Shown: piece by piece, positions 1 through 7,786 of the stretch | Layout of the letters: the number at the start of each line of letters is the position of its first letter | How positions within the stretch are numbered: position 1 is the stretch's first letter | Virus record (IMG/VR): IMGVR_UViG_3300029775_000010 | Coordinates: 1-35,755 of that record | Length of the DNA: 35,755 nt | Source of the DNA: a virus | Lineage: Duplodnaviria > Caudoviricetes | Direction: 5' to 3' (one strand) | Made by a program: the position numbers and the translations under genes | The notes under the pieces: generated by a model | Databases searched by the model: none | What the model saw: only the letters and a program-made list of their open reading frames with translations | Told to the model about the DNA's origin: nothing

Positions 1-80
1 CCAACCCGCCCCGGCCGGTCATAATAACCGGGAGAAATGTACTACACTATAGCCAGACAAGAAATACGGAGGAAAACAAC

Positions 81-476
81 ATGACAAGAACTTGTATTAA
101 AGAGGCAATGGACGCTATAACAACCGCATACAAAAACAATAAACATATTAGATACTTTGGCGTACGCGGTGATGATACAGGCATCACCGTTGGGCAGGAA
201 TTAGATCCGTCATATGACTGGGATTATGAAAACGACCGCCAAAGTGACAGGAAGCTAAGCGGAACATGTGCGGTAAAAATGGGTTATTTGTGGTATGACG
301 GCGGAGAAGAAGACCTAGAAGAAATAGGGAAGGCGATTGCTTACCATGTCAAAAACTATCAATACAAAAACATATCAGTAATAGGCGGCTCGGGCCAGGA
401 ATACGGCGCAGACGAAAACGAAACAATCATTACCAATGCGGAAGTTATATATATATTTCCAGTTAAAGCAAAATAA
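81..476 (+). CDS. hypothetical phage protein (131 aa)
   Basis: ORF with GGAGG RBS (68-72) upstream of ATG; no recognisable family. Confidence 0.75.
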   Translation: MTRTCIKEAMDAITTAYKNNKHIRYFGVRGDDTGITVGQELDPSYDWDYENDRQSDRKLSGTCAVKMGYLWYDGGEEDLEEIGKAIAYHVKNYQYKNISVIGGSGQEYGADENETIITNAEVIYIFPVKAK

Positions 477-621
477 GGCAACCTTGCCCTATAAGAGAGG
501 GACCGCCAGCCTACAGGCAACCGAAGCAATCATGGAAATTCTACGCAGCCTAAACTAACACCCACCACCAGACCGCCCAAGCCCGGGACGGAAACCCCGC
601 CCCGGGAGAAAGGAATTGAAA

Positions 622-867
622 ATGGCTAAGAAAATTATAGTGGAGTTTGAAGTCGATCAGGGTTTGGAGTACGAAGACTTATGTAATGTTTTGCACGATG
701 CAATTCGCAAGGCGCGGTTTGAAGTTGACGAGAAGTTAGGAAGGATCGGGACTGGCAAGCCGTCATCGCTCGGACTGACTACCATCCGCTTTAATGACTT
801 TGAAGGTGTAAATCGTGTTTGGCACAATGGGTCTTTCAGAATGCACAACAGTCACAGACGTAATTAA
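622..867 (+). CDS. hypothetical protein (81 aa, MAKKIIVEFEVDQ...)
   Basis: AGAAAGGA RBS at 607-614 favours ATG 622 over TTG 616. Confidence 0.65.
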   Translation: MAKKIIVEFEVDQGLEYEDLCNVLHDAIRKARFEVDEKLGRIGTGKPSSLGLTTIRFNDFEGVNRVWHNGSFRMHNSHRRN

Positions 868-872
868 CAATA

Positions 873-940
873 CTCGAAAGTGATCAACCTGGTTGGTCAC
901 TCGCACAGAAATTGGCTGTGCCTGATGAGAGAAAATCAAT
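873..940 (+). ncRNA. hammerhead ribozyme, type II (open stem II)
   Basis: CTC(873-875)-GAAA(876-879)-stem III GTGATCAAC(880-888)/GTTGGTCAC(892-900)-TC(901-902)-stem I GCACAG(903-908)/CTGTGC(916-921)-CTGATGA(922-928)-GAG(929-931). Full catalytic core present. Loop I ATTGG (911-915) can pair with 3' tail TCAAT (936-940). Predicted cleavage after C902 (CUC). Confidence 0.85.
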
Positions 941-961
941 ACATAGAGAGAGGATAAGAAA

Positions 962-1015
962 ATGAAGAAGGTAATTGTAGAGTTTGAAGTCGATCACGGA
1001 GGTAAAAGTAGATGA
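962..1015 (+). CDS. 17-aa micro-ORF or remnant, MKKVIVEFEVDHGGKSR (copy of the N-terminus of 622..867)
   Basis: GAGAGGA RBS upstream; IVEFEVD shared with the previous ORF; ATGA overlap with the next gene. Confidence 0.4.
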   Translation: MKKVIVEFEVDHGGKSR

Positions 1016-1200
1016 AACTAAAGAAACTAAACAAAAATTCTGGCGGTAAGCCAATGTACGACGAGAACATGATCAAGGTGACGTTCTTTGCAAGAGTAGA
1101 ACAGATTGCCTGGTTGCGAGACCAGCCACAGGGGATCAGTCGCACCTTGCGTGATCTGATCGACAAAGGGATGGGTATAGAAACTCCAAACAGGGGTTGA
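1012..1200 (+). CDS. small putative ribbon-helix-helix (CopG-like) DNA-binding protein
   Basis: GGAGG RBS; strand IKVTFF, helix VEQIAWLRD, then GISRTLRDLIDKG fits the RHH pattern by eye. Confidence 0.55.
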   Translation: MKLKKLNKNSGGKPMYDENMIKVTFFARVEQIAWLRDQPQGISRTLRDLIDKGMGIETPNRG

Positions 1201-1510
1201 TTACAATACTCTCTTACAATACTCTCGACTATAACCGATACTTTGCCAGATTTCAGGTGTTTTGTCGGTTGTAGTCGATATCGTGTATTAATTATGGCGT
1301 TTTTTGACCATAACAAAAAGCACCCACATTAGCAGGTGCTTTTGACCCTTTCGGGATTTAGCCTGGTATCCTTGCGGACAGAGCAGTGACGGTACAACAA
1401 GGTAGGATTACAATACTCTCTTACAATACTCTCTTACAATACTCTCGACTATAACCGATACTTTGAGGTTATAACCGCAATTCGGCGTTTTTGAGGTTAT
1501 AACCGCAATT
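1199..1510. repeat. complex intergenic repeat region
   Basis: 13-mer TTACAATACTCTC x2 (1201-1226) and x3 (1408-1446), each block followed by GACTATAACCGATACTTTG. 21-mer TTTGAGGTTATAACCGCAATT x2 (1462-1482, 1490-1510) containing palindrome GGTTATAACC. Inverted repeat 1225-1238/1265-1278. Confidence 0.9.
1315..1344. terminator. probable bidirectional intrinsic terminator
   Basis: AAAAGCACC-CACATTAGCA-GGTGCTTTT hairpin with A/T tracts on both sides, between convergent gene blocks. Confidence 0.65.
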
Positions 1511-1706
1511 ACACCGCCTTATCCGGATTATACCGATCCTTCACATACCACCCGCTTCCTTTGTAATGCACATATGCGACTTGGTAAACCTTCTGCAAGG
1601 TCGGCTGTTTGCATTCAGGGCAAACTGTGAGTGGGTCATCGGTGTAATGCTGGAATATCTCGGTCTGCTTCAGGCAATTGTCGCAGTGGTAGACGTAAAC
1701 GGGCAC
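1509..1706 (-). CDS. FmdB-family (CxxC_CxxC_SSSS) zinc-ribbon protein
   Basis: MPVYVYHCDNC...DDPLTVCPEC...YKGSGWY motif typical of the family. Confidence 0.85.
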   Translation of the reverse strand: MPVYVYHCDNCLKQTEIFQHYTDDPLTVCPECKQPTLQKVYQVAYVHYKGSGWYVKDRYNPDKAV

Positions 1707-1707
1707 T

Positions 1708-1929
1708 TTATTTTACCTTCCTGTAAGCGGTAGCTGGTTTGCCATTTTGCGCCCTAACTTTGCGAGCGGTCAATTCCCCAGCGGCAAGTTTGGCTTTCAA
1801 TGTGGCAGCTGCCTTAGCCCATGAGCAACCTGTGTAATCGGCGACGAGTTGCGCGGTCACTTCGTCCGGCTCGATGTCAGGCAAGCCTAACTCTTTAGCA
1901 AGTTCTTCAAGTAGTTCGTATTCTGTCAT
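1708..1929 (-). CDS. hypothetical protein, possible winged-HTH
   Basis: VTAQLVADYTGCSWAKAAATLK helix-turn-helix-like pattern; ATGA overlap with the phosphoesterase gene. Confidence 0.6.
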   Translation of the reverse strand: MTEYELLEELAKELGLPDIEPDEVTAQLVADYTGCSWAKAAATLKAKLAAGELTARKVRAQNGKPATAYRKVK

Positions 1930-2735
1930 ACGATGATAATCTTTCTCTGATCCGGTTGCCCGCGATAGCGTGAGCGTGAATCGTCCACAATGCCATCAAC
2001 CACAATATAACCGCCGATGTCGCTTCTAACGGTGGCAGCAGATACCCTGTGCGCAAATGAAGTCTTGAGTTGCCACGCCGGCAATGAGATAGCCCTTGTA
2101 TCTCTGAATTTTGATCCAGAGTCATCCGAGCGGTGATTATGCCCGGTCCAAATGTAGTTAGGCAATGGCAGGCCGGATTGTGCGAAGTCGAGCATGACTT
2201 CAGCCGCAAGCCCAGCTGACGAAGAAGTCCAGGGTCTGCCGCCGGCGCGCCCGTGATGGAAGAAGGTATGCAGCACGCCGTCCACGTTGAGCGTCAGGTT
2301 TTGCCCGAACTCAATCGCGCCCAAGTCGCGGTAAATCTGCGCTTCGGTCGAGTTGTCCATGCCGGCGTGACTTGGACTCGTACCCAAAACGCCGTAGAAG
2401 CCGTCCGCCTTTGCCAGAATAGGCAGCATCAATTCTTCAAACGCCTCCACCTGGTCTTGCACCTCGTTCATGACTTGCAGACTTCCGTGATGCACGCCGT
2501 CCACGAGATCACCGCAATGCACGACTATCAGCCGCTTCTTCTTGGCAAGTTTGAACACGTACTCCCAATAATCCGTCCAGCACTCGTAAAGCCACTTCTG
2601 CAACTTGTTCGCTTTGGTCGCCTGCACCTCAAAATCATTTCTGCTGTGAACGTTGAACTCAAGCGGCGCAAGTGCGGTGCTTGAGCCAACGTGCGTGTCG
2701 GATATTATCGCTAACACCGATCCTTTATCTGCCAT
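1926..2735 (-). CDS. calcineurin-like metallophosphoesterase
   Basis: Motifs ISDTHVG, CGDLVDG, HHG, GHNH; AGGAG RBS favours ATG 2735. Confidence 0.85.
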   Translation of the reverse strand: MADKGSVLAIISDTHVGSSTALAPLEFNVHSRNDFEVQATKANKLQKWLYECWTDYWEYVFKLAKKKRLIVVHCGDLVDGVHHGSLQVMNEVQDQVEAFEELMLPILAKADGFYGVLGTSPSHAGMDNSTEAQIYRDLGAIEFGQNLTLNVDGVLHTFFHHGRAGGRPWTSSSAGLAAEVMLDFAQSGLPLPNYIWTGHNHRSDDSGSKFRDTRAISLPAWQLKTSFAHRVSAATVRSDIGGYIVVDGIVDDSRSRYRGQPDQRKIIIV

Positions 2736-3615
2736 GTTCACTCCTAATGTTTTTCAATAGGTCTGACAAATACTCAGGTTGCAACTGCTCGCCAATAAAG
2801 CGTTTCTTCCACTCGCTGATCTGTGATTCGTTTACCGCCTTGTCGATCAATTCCATTATATCACCATCATCAAAATCAATAGGATAGGCTTGCAAATGGT
2901 TGTACTCCCACCACCGCTTAGGAGAACACCCGTTGCCGTTTACCCTCTGAATTACGTGCTGATTCATTCCGATGGACGGCTTGCCCCTTGCCACTGCAAG
3001 CGAAAGAAACATGCCCTCTGCAATGACAAGATCGGCTGCGTCAATATCCGCATAACTTCCGTCTGGTTCGGCATATTTTATGGTGACATCCGGCGACTCC
3101 CACAATCCATTGTTTTCGAGCTTGCCGATGACACGGACGGTTGCCTGAACGCCTCTCATCCCCAGCAACTGCTTATACACCCTGGCGTTCACGTCTTTAG
3201 CTTCTTGTCGCAGCTTGCCGTTGACACTTGGGTGGATTGGTGCAAATAGTATTTGCTTGATCGCCTTTGGTTTTTGAAATGGCAAGATTGGGCAATAACT
3301 CCAACCAATTGTTTCAACCCTGATGTTCGGCGTGATGATCTTCTGGAATTCCTTCTGTCCTTCCCCGATAGCCAGTATTGCGTCGAACCCGATTGGCGGG
3401 TCTAATAGCCCGTCGTACTGCCAGCCAGCAATTGCAGTATGCGGATAGACTACAAGTGCCGCACCACCTCTTCTAAACCTACGTTCTATAGGTTTGTTCC
3501 TCGCAGTATCAAACAAAGCGACATCTGGTGCTTGACTGTACTGCCATCCTTGATTGATTAGAGCGTCCTCAATCGGCTTGCCTTTGTGTTGATGATGGTG
3601 AATCCAGTATTTCAT
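2725..3615 (-). CDS. hypothetical protein, possible GT-B glycosyl/glycerophosphotransferase-like
   Basis: ILFAPIHP and ADLVIAEGMFLSLAVARGKPSIG resemble the C-terminal nucleotide-sugar-binding segment of GT-B enzymes. Confidence 0.45.
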   Translation of the reverse strand: MKYWIHHHQHKGKPIEDALINQGWQYSQAPDVALFDTARNKPIERRFRRGGAALVVYPHTAIAGWQYDGLLDPPIGFDAILAIGEGQKEFQKIITPNIRVETIGWSYCPILPFQKPKAIKQILFAPIHPSVNGKLRQEAKDVNARVYKQLLGMRGVQATVRVIGKLENNGLWESPDVTIKYAEPDGSYADIDAADLVIAEGMFLSLAVARGKPSIGMNQHVIQRVNGNGCSPKRWWEYNHLQAYPIDFDDGDIMELIDKAVNESQISEWKKRFIGEQLQPEYLSDLLKNIRSEHGR

Positions 3616-3629
3616 ATCTGCTACCTTGA

Positions 3630-6209
3630 TTAGTCTATTGCCCGCACAACGTCAGCTAACACGCGGAACGAGCCGCCATACGGCTCAGCCACAATCCCAT
3701 TGTCCGCAATGCTCTGAATGCCATATTGCCAAGCTCCAACGGGCAATTGAGCCGTTATTGACGCATCTACCGTTATGGTCAGGATCGCGCCGTCGTACAC
3801 CAAGCTTGCCTTGCTGGTGTTGTCGCCGTCCTGTGCAATGCCATTCAACACTGTTAGCCCGCCTGTGCTATCCACGAACAGAATTGCCGCGCTGTCAGGG
3901 TGTGCCGCGTTGTATTTGATTGCAAACTGTTGTGTGCTTTCCAACGCCACCCCTGTTAGTTGGATAACCCATGAGTTTCCTCGAATCTGCGTTATGTCCG
4001 CGCCGAGTATGGTTGCGATGATCTCTGCAGGTGACTGTGTGAGCGTGCGAACCGACGAACTCCAAATTTCCTCTGTTAAGCCTTCCCCAATAGCTGATGC
4101 CATGTTCTCGATTGCTTCTGGTGAAAGCACTACGTCCGCGTTTGCATCAACCTTGTTTGGTACTGTGAAAGTCAGTTGATCGGTAATATCCTTGATGCCG
4201 TCCACCTTGTCCTCGACCTCTTGCAGGTGGGTTGTTTTTGCCAATGGGGTTAGGTCAATGTTAGTTCCTGCGGTCAATACTCTTGTCGCATACTCCCAAA
4301 CTTCTTGAGCGGTTGCGCCGCCCGATCCTTGACTTGTTAGTGTGCGGGTTACGTACTCCCACACCTGTTGCGCTGTGAGCGGAGTCGCAGGGATATTATC
4401 TGTTTTGGCTTTGATTTCGCCGATGGTCGCATTGTCAGGCGCAACATAATTTGCTGCCAGTAATGGCGTTGTCGGAATCGCGTTCACGCTTGCCTGTGTT
4501 GCCAACGCGCTTACGTCCGCCTTGTACTGGTCGGGATTGTCAAGGTCAGATTGAATGGCAGCAAGCGCCGATGTATATTCCCCACTTGCCGCAGGAGTTG
4601 TGGGCAAGTTATCGGTCTTGGCTTTGATTGCACCAATGTTGGTGGTATATTCTCCCGATGAAGCAGGTGTTGCAGGTAAATTGTCGGTCTTGGCTTTGAT
4701 TGCTTGTACGCTTGTCTCCAGAGCAATTCCATCTGGAATAACTGTTTCATCAGGCATTGCTGCGATGATGTTATCTTCAACATCCGAGAGTTCAGCGCTT
4801 GTAGCAAGTCCGCTTACGTCTGCTTTATATTGAGAAGGATTGTCCAAATCATTCTGAATAGCGGTTAGCGCACTTGTGTATTCACCTGTTTGAGCGGGTG
4901 CGGCGGGTATCTTATCCGTTTGCCCTTTGATTGCCAGTGAGGTCGCTTGCAGTGCCAAGTTGCTTACATCAGCTTTGTATTGATTAGGATTGTCGAGGTC
5001 GTTTTGAATAGCTGTCAATGCGCTTGTGTACTCTCCGCTCGATGCAGGAGATAGCGGCAAGTTATCCGTTTTCGCTTTTATCGCCCCGATGTTGGCTGTG
5101 TACTCACCAGCCGATGCAGGAGTAGCAGGTATCTTATCGGTTTGTACCTTGATTGCGTCTACAATTCCATCTACAACTCCCAGCGGAGTTAGCACATCAT
5201 CCTTAGCCTTATCGTAAGCGGCGGTCAATGTCATTGCAGAGCCAACAGCAGCAGGAGAAGCAGGTAAATTATCTGTCTTAGCCTTGATTGCGTCAACCAC
5301 TGTGTCAACAGTAGCAAGATCGGTAGCCGTAGCCAGAGCGGACAGGTCGATGTTCGTTCCTGCTGTGAGCACACGATTTGTGTACTCCCAGATTTGCTGA
5401 GGAGTAGCGCCAGAGCCAGCCGAGATTGCAGCGATGTCACTAACAATCTTGACGAGCGTTTGATTTGTCCAACCAGCGCCCTTGATAGCAGTGAGCGTGG
5501 TAACAATGCCTTCAATGATTGCATATAAATCGCCACCTGGAATTATTTCGTTGTCGAAACCAGTTAATTGAGACTCTATGGTACGCAAGTTGTCACCCGT
5601 ACTCCAGCCCGCGCCCTTGATAGCAGTGAGCGTGGCTTCGAGAGCCAGCCCAGACTGGATTTTCGTAACAGCATCCGCATTCAATCCAGCCGCTTTGAGT
5701 ACCACCCCGTCCGTGCCAGTGTCGGCGAGAATGGCGTCCACATTCGCATCTAACGCACCGAAACTTGACGCAGTGGTGTGGTCTGCAGTAGCCTCATCCC
5801 AGACAGCATCTGCAACCGCAGCAGCAGTGATTGCCGCCGTGTTCAGGTCGAAGTCAGTCAGTTGGATTTCCAGCACAACCGGACTCATATCGGTTGCGCC
5901 TTTCAGCATCACCACCACGCTCGGAACGCCAGTCGCGCATACCGCGTCCGGAAGGTCGAGCCGGTACACGCCCGGCATGTTGGTCGCGTCAATCTCAACG
6001 AAGCCGCCGTCCGAGTGATCGCCTGTGACGGTTTGAGTGGCAAGTGTGATAGCGGTTGCGCTTCCTTTTGGTCTGACGTAATAGCCGACCAACGAGCCGG
6101 TGTTGTACGCCAAGCCAGCCAAGCCCTCGCCAGTTGTCTTTGACGAGTCCTGAATGAAGACGTAGGTGGTTACGTCCGTTGATGCTTTCTTGATTGCAAG
6201 TTTAGCCAT
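3630..6209 (-). CDS. large repetitive putative virion/fibre protein (859 aa)
   Basis: N-terminal beta domain; repeats of AIKAKTDNLP, GEYTSALxAIQxDLDNPxQYKADVS and WEYxxRxLT; C-terminal BppU/Ig-like domain; GGAGG RBS. Confidence 0.7.
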   Translation of the reverse strand: MAKLAIKKASTDVTTYVFIQDSSKTTGEGLAGLAYNTGSLVGYYVRPKGSATAITLATQTVTGDHSDGGFVEIDATNMPGVYRLDLPDAVCATGVPSVVVMLKGATDMSPVVLEIQLTDFDLNTAAITAAAVADAVWDEATADHTTASSFGALDANVDAILADTGTDGVVLKAAGLNADAVTKIQSGLALEATLTAIKGAGWSTGDNLRTIESQLTGFDNEIIPGGDLYAIIEGIVTTLTAIKGAGWTNQTLVKIVSDIAAISAGSGATPQQIWEYTNRVLTAGTNIDLSALATATDLATVDTVVDAIKAKTDNLPASPAAVGSAMTLTAAYDKAKDDVLTPLGVVDGIVDAIKVQTDKIPATPASAGEYTANIGAIKAKTDNLPLSPASSGEYTSALTAIQNDLDNPNQYKADVSNLALQATSLAIKGQTDKIPAAPAQTGEYTSALTAIQNDLDNPSQYKADVSGLATSAELSDVEDNIIAAMPDETVIPDGIALETSVQAIKAKTDNLPATPASSGEYTTNIGAIKAKTDNLPTTPAASGEYTSALAAIQSDLDNPDQYKADVSALATQASVNAIPTTPLLAANYVAPDNATIGEIKAKTDNIPATPLTAQQVWEYVTRTLTSQGSGGATAQEVWEYATRVLTAGTNIDLTPLAKTTHLQEVEDKVDGIKDITDQLTFTVPNKVDANADVVLSPEAIENMASAIGEGLTEEIWSSSVRTLTQSPAEIIATILGADITQIRGNSWVIQLTGVALESTQQFAIKYNAAHPDSAAILFVDSTGGLTVLNGIAQDGDNTSKASLVYDGAILTITVDASITAQLPVGAWQYGIQSIADNGIVAEPYGGSFRVLADVVRAID

Positions 6210-6368
6210 GCATGCCTCCAGTAAGGTTGCTCATTTGAGCGTTCATGTTTGTTCTGCGGAGTGCGCCAGAATTTGCCCGTCGCCGTTGTCAAAGTGGATG
6301 CCATGTTTGGCACGCTTGACCACCCGCTTGCCGATAATGTCCTCTTGTAACTTTGCCCAGTTTGCCAC
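6202..6368 (-). pseudogene. probable internally deleted gene remnant
   Basis: GTG coupled to the lysin stop (TAGTG) gives a 41-aa ORF MANWAKLQEDIIGKRVVKRAKHGIHFDNGDGQILAH... ending at 6243. A second frame gives LRRTNMNAQMSNLTGGMHG* ending at 6202, overlapping the next start. Confidence 0.5.
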
Positions 6369-7768
6369 TATGCCCTCCGATAACTCCCGTAACGAATAAC
6401 CGATTTCGGATACATCTCGCTCAACTTGCCTATCGTGCCAGTCCAGGGATCCGCAATAAGTACGTCATTCCCCATCACGCCAATCCCCAGCACCCAGTGC
6501 ATCTCAATCAAAGGCGTGGAGTCGTCAAAGTCCACGTACATGATGGGCAACGTGCCCGCCAGAATTGCCGCCCGAATTTGCGCCGTTGTGGGGTTGTAGA
6601 CGAACCCGTTAAATTTCATGTCGGGATAGAGCCGCTCAATCGCCGCCCATAGAAACAGGTTGCCGTCAAGATAGCCGTCGTTTGCAGTCAGCCAATTATT
6701 CAAAGCAAGCGGATTAGAAGCGTGCCCGAAATAGTTGCAGACCATAGACGCGCAAGTCATCAAACAGCCGTTTGCGCCGATTGTCGATTTTGTGCCGAGC
6801 GGGTGAGCCGCCCAACGAATGTCACGCTGGTTGTAGATGCCGCCAAAGTACGCGTAGTCCAGCACGGCGGGCGGCTGATAATCGAGCCGTTCCAAGTATC
6901 GGCTCATGACAAAGCCGTTCGATATTCCGTACCACTCGCCCGTTATGGAAGTTACCCCGACAACGGTGTTCGGGTACAGGTCGCCCAAGTCCTCACTATT
7001 GATTGACGGCTCTTTGCGGATGTTGACGTAAGGCGTTGCCCACGAGTAGACGCGCGCATCAAACAGCTTCTCGACCGGCGGCTCTGGTTCGGGTTCGTCC
7101 TCAGTATGCCCAAAGTAAGCCAGCAATTGTTCCTGCGTGCCATTGAATCTGTTTTGGTCAACATAATAGCTGCCTACGCCGACCTCACTCCCCTTGCCAC
7201 GCTCACAAGTCTGGTGAAACAACCATTTGCTTACACCAACTGGCAGTAACGGTGGCGGTGGCATCTCCGGCGTATAAAGCGGGTAAGGCAGTGCTGTCCG
7301 ATAATACGCTAACCACCAGTCGGCATTGATCAGCCGTGGGTCGGTCAATAGCATATTGTCCTGTAGCCAGTACTTGCGAGAGTAAAGAATCGGATAACGC
7401 CCCGTGACTTCTTTTATCCGCTCCATCATCACGAGCACACGTCTTGAAACTTCTGCTCGTGACAATCCGTGTCCGCTCTTTTCAAGGTCGAGCACCAGCC
7501 GATCATATCGCCAGTCAACCCCACCCTGTGTTACAATGTCGCACAAGTGGTTAGCCTGCCTGACCGGGTCGTCTGATAGCCACACGTAGGAGTATGCACC
7601 CCTGTTGTGCCCAATAAGTCCTTGCCAGTTTGCGTAGAACTTTGGGTCGGTGTAGCCCCAACTCTCGGTAGCCTTCACGAACACAAAAGTTGCGTTCGCT
7701 CGCATCTTAGCGAAGTCATTTACGCCTTGATGTTTGCTTATGTCAATTCCAAAGGGTAAAGGGCTCAT
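6368..7768 (-). CDS. endolysin: GH25 muramidase + SH3b + C39-like cysteine peptidase
   Basis: GIDISKHQG, FVKATE, LDLE, VDQN (GH25); VNIRKEPS...WY (SH3b); YNQRD, NGCLMTC, HWVL, IADPW (C39-like). GGAGG RBS favours ATG 7768. Confidence 0.9.
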   Translation of the reverse strand: MSPLPFGIDISKHQGVNDFAKMRANATFVFVKATESWGYTDPKFYANWQGLIGHNRGAYSYVWLSDDPVRQANHLCDIVTQGGVDWRYDRLVLDLEKSGHGLSRAEVSRRVLVMMERIKEVTGRYPILYSRKYWLQDNMLLTDPRLINADWWLAYYRTALPYPLYTPEMPPPPLLPVGVSKWLFHQTCERGKGSEVGVGSYYVDQNRFNGTQEQLLAYFGHTEDEPEPEPPVEKLFDARVYSWATPYVNIRKEPSINSEDLGDLYPNTVVGVTSITGEWYGISNGFVMSRYLERLDYQPPAVLDYAYFGGIYNQRDIRWAAHPLGTKSTIGANGCLMTCASMVCNYFGHASNPLALNNWLTANDGYLDGNLFLWAAIERLYPDMKFNGFVYNPTTAQIRAAILAGTLPIMYVDFDDSTPLIEMHWVLGIGVMGNDVLIADPWTGTIGKLSEMYPKSVIRYGSYRRA

Positions 7769-7786
7769 AATAGCCTCCATTTGCGG

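Noticed and set aside
550-612. Twister ribozyme (CCCAAGCCCGG resembles the twister core)
   Set aside because: The required CCGGU 5' arm and pseudoknot partners could not be found.
1199-1510. CRISPR mini-array
   Set aside because: Repeats are directly tandem or separated by 7 or about 160 nt; there are no regular spacers and no cas genes.
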